Part shown: positions 12,672 through 25,618 of the stretch, piece by piece | How positions within the stretch are numbered: position 1 is the stretch's first letter | Layout: each line of letters begins with the position of its first letter | Assembly: GCF_006345805.1 (NCBI RefSeq) | Contig: NW_021833249.1 | Location: forward strand, 45,661-109,660 | DNA: 64,000 nt | Direction: 5' to 3' | Origin: Octopus sinensis | Taxonomy: Eukaryota | Position numbers and translations under genes: made by a program | The notes under the pieces: model-generated | Told to the model about the DNA's origin: nothing | Databases searched by the model: none | The model's input: only the letters and a program-made list of their open reading frames with translations

Positions 12672-12992
12672 TACAGGAGGGTTAGTTAATTACGATTTTA
12701 TTCAACATATCCCCCTCTCAGATTCACATAGTTATTGCAGCGGTCCTTCAGTTTTTCTAAGATCTGTAAAAGAAAACTCGAAAGGTTGGTCCTCCAATCA
12801 GGACTCTATAGCAGCGATCACTTCCGAATCGGAATCAAATTTTGTTCCCTTGAGATATTTCTTCAGTTGCGGAAAGAAGTGATAGTCGGATGAGGCCAAG
12901 TCAGGAGAGTAAGATTGGTGGTCCCCCAATTCGCAGCCAATGTCGTGTATTTTCCGTAGAGTTTCATATGCTCTGTGTGTTGGTGCATTGTG
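12628..12992 (-). mobile_element. Mariner transposon 3' fragment (transposase pseudogene plus TIR)
   Basis: Minus strand HNAPTH...HQSYSPDLASSDYHFFPQLKKYLKGTKF...GGYVE* with one stop and one frameshift; TA|CGAGGGGTTGCTGAAAAGTT terminus. Confidence 0.9.
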
Positions 12993-13020
12993 CTACAAAA
13001 ACAGGACACCACGACTCAAC

Positions 13021-13255
13021 TTTTATCCTTTTGTATGTTTCAGTCATTTGACTGCAGCTATGTTGGAGCACCATCTTTAGTCGAACAAATCTACCTCAGG
13101 ACTTATTCTTTGTAAACCTGGTACTTATTCTATCGGTCTCTCTTACTAAACAGATGTTGGTCTGTTTACGAGGACGTAAACACACCAACATCGGTTGTCA
13201 AGCGATGGTGGAGTGACAAACAGACACACGCAAACACACGCACGCACGCACACAC

Positions 13256-13335
<80 letters not shown>

Positions 13336-13457
13336 GTATATATACGATAGGCTTCTCTTAGTTTCCGTCTACCAAATCCACTTACAAGGCTTTGGTCGGC
13401 CCGAGGCTATAGTAGAAGACACTTGCCACGCAGTGGGACTGAACCCGGAACCATGTG
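13021..13457 (-). mobile_element. tRNA-derived SINE (GGCGCAGGAGTGGCTG... family), 5'-truncated
   Basis: Homologous to complete copies at 17892-18282 and 33506-33930. Confidence 0.8.
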
Positions 13458-13499
13458 TAATTCCGGGAATAATTAATTACTAGTAGAGGAAGAAACAGG

Positions 13500-14600
13500 G
13501 CTGCCAAATATTTCATTCTTTATATCTCGTCTTATAGAGTTTCATGAAAGATGAGTGAAATTTATGAGTACACGAATGAATGGTATCAGAAAATTTATTT
13601 AATGTGCCCGAATTGTATGATTTAAGAATAATGAATGATTCTCTAATGCATAAATTGTATTTGTTACTTATAGCATTATTGCCAGTATAGACCAAGAAAT
13701 TTTATAATTAATGTTGTTATTCCTTAAATTGTGTATATATGAGGCAACAGTAGTAGAATGTTTATATTTAATATTAGAAAATTAATTTAAATGCGTTCTG
13801 TATCTGTGTTTGAACTCAACAGTTCTATATATGTTCTAGCCTGATACTTATCTGATTTTGTTCTTATTTATGGATGCTATAATTGATCCTAAATTTGGCA
13901 TTGTGGAATAAGAAAATTTTTTTAAAGATTTATCGCATATTGGATAGTATTTGTGACGTTTTGGAAAATTATGTTTTAGGATTTTGAAAACTAGTTTAGA
14001 TAGATTTTTAACAGCAAGGGAGAATGGAGGGGTAACCAAATTACCTCGCGCTTCTTAGATTTATATCATTTAGATATATCATCTAGAGCATTTATTTTTA
14101 TTGCCGGGGCCTATTTTATTGTATTTAATATATTTATAATTACCTGAAGGTTTAATTATTCTTGCATTTTTCAGTGACGTGTTAGTATTACTTAAGTTAG
14201 AATCAGAGTTCCTATTGTCAGATAGTTTTGTTTTAAGTTTAAAATACACATTTCCTTCAAATACACATCTTAAGGATTTCTTTATCCTCTCTACACTCGG
14301 TTTGGATCAACTGTTAGTAGCAAAGAGCGCGTCATCCCTATATAGACCACCCAATAAATTAGGGAAACTATCCTTTACTTGGGATAAGAAATATAAGCCT
14401 ACTAAATCAGTTATCTGAGTCGAGTCTAATGATCCCATGGTTATGTCAAAATCATTGAATCAGATCTAATCCAATTATGTCCGTTAAAGTTTATTAAAGT
14501 CTGCTTGCGGCTAATATTATATCTATGTCTGATCTAGAAATGTTGACGAAATTGCTTTATTTAGAAGGATAGATGAGATGGATGCATATATCAACATTTA
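13500..14600 (-). mobile_element. Penelope-like retroelement relic (RT C-terminal half plus GIY-YIG region)
   Basis: DFDITMGSLDSTQITDLVGLY, GLYRDDAL, KHNFPKRHKYYPICDKSLKKFSYSTMPNL, CIRESFIIL; several stops and frameshifts. Confidence 0.85.
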
Positions 14601-14881
14601 TTTACCCTTTACATGTATATTTTTACCTCATATATCTCTTATTTCTTTCTAAATAATATATAAATATATTCCTTGTCTTGCTGCCATTTTATGTTATATC
14701 TATGTATGTATTTATTATTTTGATGTAAATCATAAACATAAATGATTATCTAAATTTTTGTCTCTTCTTATACCAAGTTATATATGTTTAACGTTTCGGG
14801 TTCGACCTGAGCACTTCCAAGCAATCAAGTAAAAACCTTTTTCGAAAGAAAAAGCAATATTTATATATACACATACATACA

Positions 14882-14989
<108 letters not shown>

Positions 14990-15269
14990 CAAATAAATTG
15001 ATTTTTTTGTGTGCTCACACTCTCCATTTTCCTATATTATATTATTAAAATTCTGTTCTCCTATATCGAATGGATGAAAACATCTATAATGATTATTGGA
15101 ACTTCATAAATGTTAACACTAATACTAAAACAAATTAATGAAATCCAAAGTATATTAATTGATATGGAGCCAAACCGGTGTATGCTTGGATAAAATACAT
15201 CCCTGTGAAACAGCAACCTTTTTCCATTCGAAACTATATGAGTGTGTGTATGTGTGTGTATGAATGTAT

Positions 15270-15354
<85 letters not shown>

Positions 15355-15444
15355 CAACAATTGAGGGTAAAATTAATTAATCAATCAATTTCACCAAGTG
15401 TTCAGTATGTAAAAGGACCATTTAAGACGAATTCAAAATATTAC

Positions 15445-15621
15445 ATTATATAATTAGGGCTTAGTAAAATAAATTACTTTGCCACATACAGAACTTAGTA
15501 GAAATAGCAGCCAAAAAAGTTTTTTTAGTCGTTTAGTAGAAACGGCTAAAAAAACTTTTTGGGCTGCTATTTCTACTAAGTTCTGTATGTGGCAAAGTAA
15601 TTTATTTTACTAAGCCCTAAT

Positions 15622-15629
<8 letters not shown>
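15445..15629. repeat. Near-perfect palindrome, ~90-bp arms, 5-nt loop (probable collapsed MITE)
   Basis: 15445-15534 is the reverse complement of 15540-15629 with two mismatches seen near the centre. Confidence 0.9.
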
Positions 15630-15717
<88 letters not shown>

Positions 15718-17579
15718 TACATACATACATACATGCATACAAACATATATATATATAAATATATGGCTGTGTAGTAAGAAATTTTTCTCGTTCACATGGT
15801 TCCGGGTTCAGACCCACTGCGAGGCATATTGGGCGAGTGTCTTCTACTATAGCCTCGTGATGGGGCTATACACTGTCATAAACTCAAAGAATAAAGAACT
15901 AAAGGACCGCATGCATGAAAATACTAACACCGCCAAGAATAACCACATATCAACAGCTAAAAACATTCTGTCTCACATAAAATCGACCAAATTTTGCAAA
16001 ATATATACAACACCCGAAAGAAGTATGAAATTTCAGAGCTTTTATAAATAAATAATTATAAAAGAACTTCGGGTGGAAATACTCGTTGGCATAGTGTAAG
16101 TGATCTTTTCTCGTTCACTGCTCTCTTATCAATCATGCCTGTGCTCAGAATAGGCATCATATTCTTGGAAGCAGAGCCGCTTGCTCAGTGACCTCAGGTA
16201 ACTAGCTATAGGTGTGGTGATCATCAGCGAGACCACAGTTTCCGATCCACAAGCCCTCATGTTCATTCTCGACTGATTCGTGATTTACATATCTCCAAGT
16301 CGACTGGAATTGGGAGGTGGAGCTGCTGTGTTGATTGGGAAAGGCCCTGAGTTCAAATTCCGCCGAGGTTCGATTTTGCCTTTCATTCCTTCGGGGTTGA
16401 TAAAATAAGTACCAGTTGAACCCTGGAGTCGATGTAATTGATTTGCCTCCCCACAAACTTGCTGGCTATATGCCAAAATTTGAAACCACTATTACTTTCT
16501 TAAAATTCCACCCTTTTCTTTGACAGTCGCCAACAATTGTCGTTAGGTTAAAGTTTTTTGATCCATCTAAGACAGAAATTCCAATTAAATTAACATTTTT
16601 ACGAACATCCTTCTGTAAATCCATCATTCACATAGTATTTTGTATTCTGGAACATATTACGACGAACTTCTTTCAGTTTGTTACTACCAAATCCACTCAC
16701 ATGGCTTTTGTCAGTTCGAGGCTATAGTAGAAGAGACTAGCTCGAGGTGCCACTGTGGGACTGAAATGGGAATCATGTGACTGGGAAGCAAACTTTTTAC
16801 CACACAACTACGCATCCCTTTAAACTAACACTATTGATTCACTCATCGCTTTTTCACTCACCTAAGCATTTGTTTTCATATATTCATATTTAAGTACATC
16901 TATTTTCGCCTTCATTATAAAATATGTATTTATTTCAGTCTTTCAACCTAACAGGCATGGAGAACGCACGTTAACCGAGTAAGAAAACCACTAGTATAAA
17001 AAGATAAACAAAACTATCCACTCAAGCTTTTAAATACCTGGATTTCTAATTGAATATTGAACCTTTCTCTTATGAAATGAATTTGTTGACTTAAATGAAT
17101 TGAAGACTTCTTTTTGTCTTTCTTTTTTTCCATTGTTTCTCGGTAATGGTATCTTTTTCAAGGTTAATATGAAGGTATTTTGTTACGCACGTATTTTATT
17201 ATGTTGTGTACAGGCATACTTGGTGATAAATATATGTAGGTGTGAGCGTATATGTGTGTGCTTATGTCTATAGGTATGTATAGGTGTAAATTTGTAAATG
17301 GTGTGCGTGTGTGTGTAAGTGTTTGTGTGTACTACACACACACATGTACGTGTATGTGTATGCGTAATGTGCGTAATGTTTGCATGTAAGTTTTCACATT
17401 CATGTTTGCATGTATAATAACGTATTTAACGCTATTATCACTTACAAGACGTAGATTGTTTAAGTAGTAAGTTGGTTGATGTAGACAAGATCTTGTTGCA
17501 TCACCTCCCGTATTTTGATCACTTTATTTACTTATCTGTCTGTTTAACTTTGCCATGTACGTATGCCGGAATGTGTGTA

Positions 17580-17654
<75 letters not shown>

Positions 17655-17891
17655 GGTAGGTGAATAAGCAACAAGGATATCCAGAGGTAATGCAGAACAA
17701 TCGTTTCATGCAACATCCCTGTGAAACACTAACCTTTTTCCATTCGAAACTGTATGAGTGTGTTTATGTGTATATATATATGCAATCATTTCATTACATC
17801 AATTTAAAATGTAGAGCAATCTTCAGCTGCACAAAGACATAGAATTTAATTAAATTAGAACAGAAGGACACATTAGTATAATTTTACCTAA

Positions 17892-18282
17892 GGCGCAGGA
17901 ATGGCTGTGTGGTAAGTAGCTTGTTTACCAACCACATGGTTCTGGGTTGAGTCCCACTACATGGCACCTTGGGCAAGTGTCTTCTACTATAGCCTCGGGC
18001 CGACCAAAGCCTTGTGAAACTGAAAGAAGCCCGTCGTATATATATATATATATATATATATGCGTGTGTGTGTTTGTGTGTCTGTGTTTGTTCCCCTAGC
18101 ATTGCTTGACAACCGATGCTGGTGTGTTTATGTCCCCGTTACTTAGCGGATCGGCAAAAGAGAATAAGTACTGGGCTTACAAAAGAATAAGTCCCGGGGT
18201 CGAGTTGCTCGATTAAAGGTGGTGCTACAGCATGGCCACAGTCAAATGACTGAAACAAGTAAAAGAGAGTAAAGAGTAAGAG
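17892..18282 (+). mobile_element. Near full-length tRNA-derived SINE
   Basis: GGCGCAGGAATGGCTGTGTGGTAAG head, GGGTTGAGTCCC B-box-like motif, internal (TA)(TG) tract, AAGAGT tail. Confidence 0.85.
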
Positions 18283-18546
18283 TAAGATCTCCAATAAGTT
18301 AAGGAGATAGACAAAGAACATGTTGTACCTACAACAACATAGTTTTAACTGAAATTTTTCCAAGAAGACACTGCCTGTCACTGATTTTTTGTTATTTTGT
18401 TTGTTTGTTTTATGGGGTCAGTTTTAATTTATAGACTAGTTTATCAAATCCTTTGTATATTTAAGGCTGAGAGAAAACAGAGGGTAGTATCTGTTTGGAG
18501 TAGAGTTGATGGAGTAGGCAGACATTCAAGGTGGCATAGCCATAAA

Positions 18547-18555
18547 AATCAAGAT

Positions 18556-18603
<48 letters not shown>

Positions 18604-19027
18604 GTTTAGCGTCCGCTTTCCATGCTGGCATGGGTTGGACGGTGCAACTGGGGTCTGGGAACCCAGAAGGCTGCACCAGGCCCAGTCTGATCTGGCAATG
18701 TTTCTACGGCTGGATGCCCTTCCTAACGCCAACCACTCCATGAGTGTAGTGGGTGCTTTTTACGTGCCACCGGCACAGGTGCCAGACGAGGCTGGCAAAC
18801 GGCCACGATCGGATGGTGCTTTTTACGTGCCACCGGCACGGAGCCAGGCGAGGCTGGCAGACGGCTACGATCGGATGGTGCTTTTTACGTGCCACCGACA
18901 CAGGTACCAGACGAGGCTGGCAAACGGCCACGATCGAATGGTGCTTTTTACGTGCCACCGGCACTGAGGCCAGGCGAGGCTGGCAACGGCCATGATCGGA
19001 TGGTGCTTTTAGCGTGCCACCGGCACG
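18547..19027 (-). mobile_element. (GAT)n-tailed SINE-like repeat with five 62/63-bp internal tandem units
   Basis: (CAT)n at 18547; GGTGCTTTTTACGTGCCACC repeats start at 18752, 18815, 18877, 18940, 19002. Confidence 0.8.
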
Positions 19028-19032
19028 GATAG

Positions 19033-20760
19033 AAGCAATGTCATGAGGTTTAGTAAGGGAAAATTTAAAACAAGATGCTAGCTAATTATTAAGGGATTGC
19101 CCACTAGCAGACCATTGATAATGAAACAGGGGAACTCTTATCATGTAGTACTATAGTTAAATATTATAAAACAATGCTGATATATTGTATACAGCTAAAG
19201 TTTAGGGTTATTCAAAAGATTATTAAGAAGAATATTGTAACAAAAAGGATATAAATTTATGAATACTTTTTAGTATATATCAAACTTTTACCACAATAGA
19301 GGGAGGAAAAGAAAATACAGAAATAGTTTAATATTTAAACATATTGTATACTTAAATACTAACTTATCAGATGGTATCTGTGAATATTGATTAAATGATA
19401 TTTAATGGTATTAATAAAGGAGTATTGAGGTAAAAGTACATGCTAATTATATATTAAAAGAATTTTAATCTAAGCAGTCTTTTTATAAGTAGATTGATAT
19501 TTATATACTCATTACTTATCTATTATTATAAGGTTTCTATGGAGATTGATCAAATGGATTTAACTGGCATTTAATAAGTGGGTGGGGGGGCAACTGAGGT
19601 TAAAGAACATGTCAACTATATACTGATTTTATTAAAGTTAAACTAATTTTAAGTTGTGGAGATACTGATATTACCTTATATAAGCTGAATATGAATTAAT
19701 AGGGGTACAAGGATTAGATTTATTTAGGGCTGCTATAAAAATAACAATAACAACAATAATAAAATAATCAAGGGTATCATACGTACATAGTACTACCCGT
19801 ACCTTCAAATATTTTAGAATGTAGCACTTTATTGATCTTGAGTTCTTAAATCCTATAATATACCTCTTAGTTTAAAATCAATGCATAAATAGCATACCCT
19901 ACATCATTTATTTTTCTTTTAGTCAATACAAGGTATCAGTGATTAAAGACACAAGCTAATTAAGTAAATAAACAATTTTTAATTTCTAGAATTATTGCAT
20001 ATGTTCTATAAATCTTCTCAATTGCAGTTACTAAGTTGTATATATACTTCATCATGATTTTAAAGATTAAGCTATTTCATATCCTTTTCTATGGTGTTTC
20101 TACTCTACCCAATCATTTCAATACTTTATAATTACCTTTATAAAAAATTTTTGTACCCCTATAAATCCATAGTGTGTATATGGGCGTGTGTGTGCGTGCA
20201 TAAGGGTATGTGCGTATATAGACGTGGTTTACTCTTTGTATACTCCCTTATGCCTTTTTTCTGTATTGTTACCCTTAACCCTTTTTTCTTGCGATTGTGC
20301 GTATGTAGACGTGTGTATGAACGGTGCGCGCGCGTGTGTGTAGGTGTATATGTATATGCATATACATTTGGCGAAGGATGTGTACGTTTTCAAGTGAGGG
20401 TGGATGAATGCATGCGCATGCACGTTGGTGTTCGGGCGCACATGTGTAGGTATGAACAGACGCGCTTCTGCGAATACTATGAACTCTTTACTCCCTTACT
20501 TTACTCCCATACTTAGCTCTTTTGTCTTAATAACGGTCAATCGCGCAGTAATTTCCCTTTGTATAACGTTCATTTTTCATAGCGTTTTTCCGATGGCCGG
20601 ATAACTGAAGAGATGGCGGCGTGGATTTCCACCTCGGCATCCGAGACTCAGAGTTTTATCATGGCTACCGAATAATTGTCACATATTACATTTACAGATA
20701 AATTCCTCTATTTACATAATATCGAAGTCTCTTTCTTTCTTTTGTTATCTTACATCTACA
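19033..20760 (+). mobile_element. Highly degenerate PLE-like element with pLTR-like 3' part
   Basis: Loose RT-like peptides in shifted frames (KGLP, NADIL, TFTT..YLNIL); GT/CT-rich tract resembling the 6700-9339 arms; hammerhead relic at 20600. Confidence 0.35.
20600..20660 (+). ncRNA. Degenerate hammerhead ribozyme
   Basis: GATAA-CTGAAGA-GATG..CATC-C-GAGA-CTCAGAG-TT-TTATC: stem I GATAA/TTATC, intact CUGANGA, GAAA core changed to GAGA. Confidence 0.55.
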
Positions 20761-21937
20761 ATGCCATCTGCATCACGTTTCTAAAGATACCATAATCAGA
20801 TATGTATGTACAACTTTTTTGTGAGTGTCACTATAATATATGAAAACAATTTTTAACAACTTGTTCATCGATAGATTAGATTCATTTAATAACACGCTAA
20901 ATTTTCTATCTCCTATATCAGAAATGAAATCAAACGACGTTATAGAAAGTGAAAGTGAAAGGAAGGGAGAAAGTAATAATGAGTGAATTAGAATAACGAC
21001 GAAGGGTTTAAAAAGCGTAAAAATATTTTCTTTCTCAACTTACTCAAGATCTTTTTTTGTTTATAAATGGTAGAGAGATAGATAGAGAAAGATAGAGAGT
21101 AAGAGAAAGCGAGGGAAAGTCCGAGAGAAATGAAGAGTAAGAGAGTGGGAAAGTGAGAGAGAAAGGAGAGAGATACAAAGAGGGAGAATATGGCGGTAAG
21201 AAACAGAAAGGAAGCAACAGAAAGTAACAACCACACCTCACCCGCGCGTAGAGCGGGTCACCTTAAGCTAGTCTCTATATTATAATTCTGAAATGTAAAA
21301 AGTTTGTTTGTCTGGTTTGGGCATTGAGAACGGGTTAAAGGCCACTAGATCCCGTCGGATTGACTCCAAAATTTACAGGGACATGTAAAATGAGGTGAGG
21401 ATGCGAGTGGGCTAGCTTAGAAATCCCCATCTTAAAAGGTGTCATTGCTAGGGCCAAAAACGCACACTTTGACAAGTCTCCTCTCATTCTTTTATATATC
21501 TGTCTTCCTCCGTTTCTCTCTCTTTCCTCCCTTCCCTTCACTTTCTCTCTATAACGTCATTTCACAGCGTCCTATATCTTCCCCCACCGATTCGACAGCG
21601 CTTTCACACTCTCTCTCTCTACGTCTGTCTGCATTCATAGAGAGAATTATCATCGCCACCACCAACACACAATCATGAGAACAAATATTATGAACCAGAT
21701 ATTTATTGGGTTAATTTATATATGTGTGTGTGTGTGTGTGTATTCTATATATAAATATGTATATATAATGTATATATACAAAGTGTATATATCTGTATTT
21801 ATGAATAAATATATATATATAATTTACAAGATAAATTATGTATAAATTTTACCTTTAAAGGCATTTTTTGATATGCTGACCATTGATAAAAATTTTTTCC
21901 CGAAAAAATTTTATCCTATATCAATTATATATATATA

Positions 21938-23533
21938 CTAGCTGAAGGTGACCCGCTCTACGCGCGGGTAAGAGTGTGGTTGTTACTTTCTGTTGCGTCC
22001 TTTCAGCACGTAAAAAGCACCATCCGAACGTGGCCGATTGCAGCGCCGCCTTGACTTGCTTCTGTGCCGGTGGCACGTAAAAAGCACCAACCGATCGTTG
22101 CCGCAGCGAGCTCCCCTGGCACCTGTGCCGGCGGCACGAAAAAATCACCTACTACACTCACAGAGTGGTTGGCGTTAGGAAGTTCATCCACCTGTAGATC
22201 AGGCTGGAGCCTGGTGCAGCCTCCTGGCTTCCCAGACCCCGGTCACACTGTCCAACCCGTGCTAGCACGGAAAACGGACGTTAAACGATGATGATGATGA
22301 TGATTCTCCGTCTTTGTTTCTTTCTCCTTTCTCTTTCACTTTCCCACTCTCTTACTTTTCTTTTCTCTCGGACTCTCCCTCGCTTTCTCTTACTCTCTAT
22401 CTTTATCTATCTCTCTCCCATTTATAAACAACAAAAGATCTTGAGTTAGTTGAGAAATAAAATATTTAGAAAGATCAATCATAAATATCAGGCAGTGGCA
22501 ACGGAAAAGTCTGCTTTAAGGCAGACAGCAAAACGCTAACATTTAAAAGGGACAGACGAACTTGCGAGCTGAATAAAAATAATAAAATATTGGAAAGCAA
22601 AGTTTGAAGGGATAGAATCTGAGGATAGTAGAGTCACCATGGCTGGCATTTCTTAACGACGGACAGCAACGTATTGACAGTTTAACGGCTGGCGTAAAAT
22701 TTTGAACTTGATGTAAAAGAAAATTCATAAACACCAAGTAACGAAAGGGTTCATAGGTGTGCATATTTTCAGCTGAACCGACCGACCACATAATGCACAC
22801 ATTATATATATATATGTGTGTGTGTGCACGCATTATATATACAAATTATATATATATATGTATAAATTAAATTAGAGATAAAACCACTAATAGGCAAAAA
22901 AAAAAAAACATAAAAATAAAAATATAATATAGAAAATATAGAAAATTGAAAAATTTGAATTATTTAAATTTAAAATAGCAATTATTAACTTATATTTATA
23001 ATTTGTTTAAAAATATATATAACTATCAAAAAGTATTAAAAAGTTTAATATACATAAATACAGATATATACACTTTGTATATATACATTATATATACATA
23101 TTTATATATCGAACACACATACACACACACACATTTATAAATGAACGCAATGAATATCTGATTCATAATATTTGTTCTCATGATTGTGTGTTGTTGGTAG
23201 CGATGATAATTCTCCCTATGAATGCAGACAGATACATCAAAGAAAGCCGTCTGACGAACTTATAAAGGGAAAGTGAAAGGGAGTTGAGGGGAATACATTA
23301 GATAACGGTAGTGGACTTCTCAAAGTTAAAAATGAAGGGGAGTAAGAGGGAGAAAGGAGGAAATAGCGTGAGTGAGGAAGATGGCCCCTAGCAATCACAC
23401 ATTTCAAGATAGGGATTTGTAAGGTAGCCCACGAGCCTTGTCACCTTATTCTACATGCCCCTGTAAATTTTGGAGCGAATCGGACGGGATGTAGTGGCAT
23501 TGAAAGCGATCCAAGCGGTAAAAACGCATTTCA

Positions 23534-23545
<12 letters not shown>
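21938..23545 (-). mobile_element. Helitron A copy (SINE-carrying variant) inserted antisense into the array
   Basis: CTAG at 21938-21941 with the same hairpin; collinear with 3781-5930 including the SINE at 22003-22304. Confidence 0.8.
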
Positions 23546-23589
<44 letters not shown>

Positions 23590-24283
23590 GTATACATTTA
23601 TATTTATATATACCACACTCTTACCCGCGCATAGAGCGGGTCACCCTAAGCTAGTCAATATCTATAAATTTGAAATGCGAAAAGTTCTTTGTCTGGTTTT
23701 GGCATTGGAACAAGTTAAAGGGCACTAGATCCCGTCGGATTGACTCCAAAATTTACAGGAACATGTAAAATGAGGTGAGGATGTGAGTGGGCTAGGTTAG
23801 AAATCCATATCTTAAAAGGTGTGGTTACTAGGGCCAAAAACGCACACTTTGACAAGTCTACTCTCATTCTCTTATCTGCCTGTCTTCCTCCATCCCTCTC
23901 TCTTTCCTCCCTTCCTTTCACTTTCTCTCTATAATGTCGTTTGACAGCGTCTACTATCTTTACCCCCGCCGCCTTCGCCAGCGCTGTCACTATTTCTCCC
24001 ACATCCCCACTCTCTCTCTCTCTATAGGTTATTGAAGAGCTTCCTTGTAAGTATGGTTGACTGGAAAATGTCTATCTATCAGTGCTAAGAAGTACTTGCA
24101 TTCATAGAGAGAATTATCATCGCCACCACAACCACACAATCATGAGAACAAATATGAATCAGATATTTATTGGGTTAATTTATATATGCGTGTGTGTGTG
24201 TGCGCGTGTGTGTGTGTTCTATATATAAATATGTATATATAATGTATATATACAAAGTGTATATATCTGTATTTATATATATA

Positions 24284-25548
24284 CTAGCATTATGACCCGT
24301 CATGTATGTATATATGTGTATGTATATGTGTACATATTACATGTACATCTATATATATATATATATATATCTGCACATAAAATACAAAATACAAAGTTAT
24401 ATCTAGTGATAACAATACTCAAAATATATAACAGACTGGAATTGTAGGCCCGTCTCTTGCAATTTCGATCAATTGTATCTTGTCCTCCCTCTTGTATAGA
24501 AGTGTGGCTACAATCCAGCCTACTTCTACTTCTGGGGGGGGGGACATTTAAAATTTTTATCTGGGTCGTCCTAATCCCAGATATAAAGGTAAAAATAAAA
24601 TATTTCCACTTTGCAAGGTTCTAGTCGAGTACTCCCTTGCACGCTCCGTTGACTCGAACCTTGCTTCTATTGTGGCAAATTTACCGCCTCTGGTTAGATA
24701 TCTTTCATAGTCGCACCAAGACACTTTTCGATGGTGCTTTCCTCCAGGTGTTCAAATCTTTTTTTTCTCTACATTGTATACTTTATAGACAATAGTCTTT
24801 TCTTTAATTTAATTTTTATGTCGTTTGGTGGTGTTATCCTAGATTCACCGTTTTTGTCGGTGATCAATCCGAAATAGGTTTGTATTTCTTCCATTTTAAT
24901 TTTTATGAGATCGCGCCCGCCGACGGCTGCAGCGAAATTCATTGTTGGACTTTCTTCTATCAAAGGCATTCTAACAAAAATGTTTTCGTATAAACGATGA
25001 AAATATTGTCAATTCCCCAAACAGGGACACAATTCAATTTTTAAATAATAACCAAAGCTCCTTCTCCCAAAGGGGGAGGGTTACAGTTTACAATTATTTA
25101 ACAAATGCAACTAATTTTATTTTTAATTTATTCCCATTTATGTGAAACCACTTATTCAAGTTCAAGTCATTGATGCAATTTTATACCAATTGCTATTTTT
25201 ACTTTTGTTATGTTACGATTATATTATACTTTAGTTTGATTTTAATTATTACTTACTACATATAATTCAATTGTTATTATTATCTATATTTTTTATTGTT
25301 AAAGTGAAAGTATCTGACATAAAATAGAGAAATGTTTTCGTTTCACTTTTAACACGTAATACTGAAATAGTGGAGAAGATATGATATTGCTATGGGCTCG
25401 CCCTAGGCAAGAAGTTGAACATCTTTTTGCCCATGAAACTACATGGACGCTAAGTAAGGCATGTGTAAAATTTGAATGAAATTGGTTGTGTAGTTCTCAA
25501 GTTTTAGGGAAACACAGACAGACAGACACACATTCTCAGTTTTATAGA
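24284..25548 (-). mobile_element. Probable second-family Helitron nested in array unit 3
   Basis: Minus-strand A|TCTATAAAACTGAGAATGTGTGTCTGTC 5' end and GACGGGTCATAATGCTAG|T 3' end; hairpin partner missing, so pairing of the two ends is uncertain. Confidence 0.5.
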
Positions 25549-25587
25549 TATATATATAATTTGTACACATTTGTATATATAATGCGT

Positions 25588-25618
<31 letters not shown>

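Noticed and set aside
14775-14830. Hammerhead-like 3' half on the minus strand (AGG-TCGAA-CC-C-GAAACGTTA) next to a PLE
   Set aside because: No CUGANGA core and no clear stem I
19400-19670. GKST and KLILSC peptides suggesting a D5/SF3 helicase (Polinton-like or viral)
   Set aside because: Walker A spacing is wrong, several frameshifts are needed, and the GKST segment lies in an internal diverged repeat
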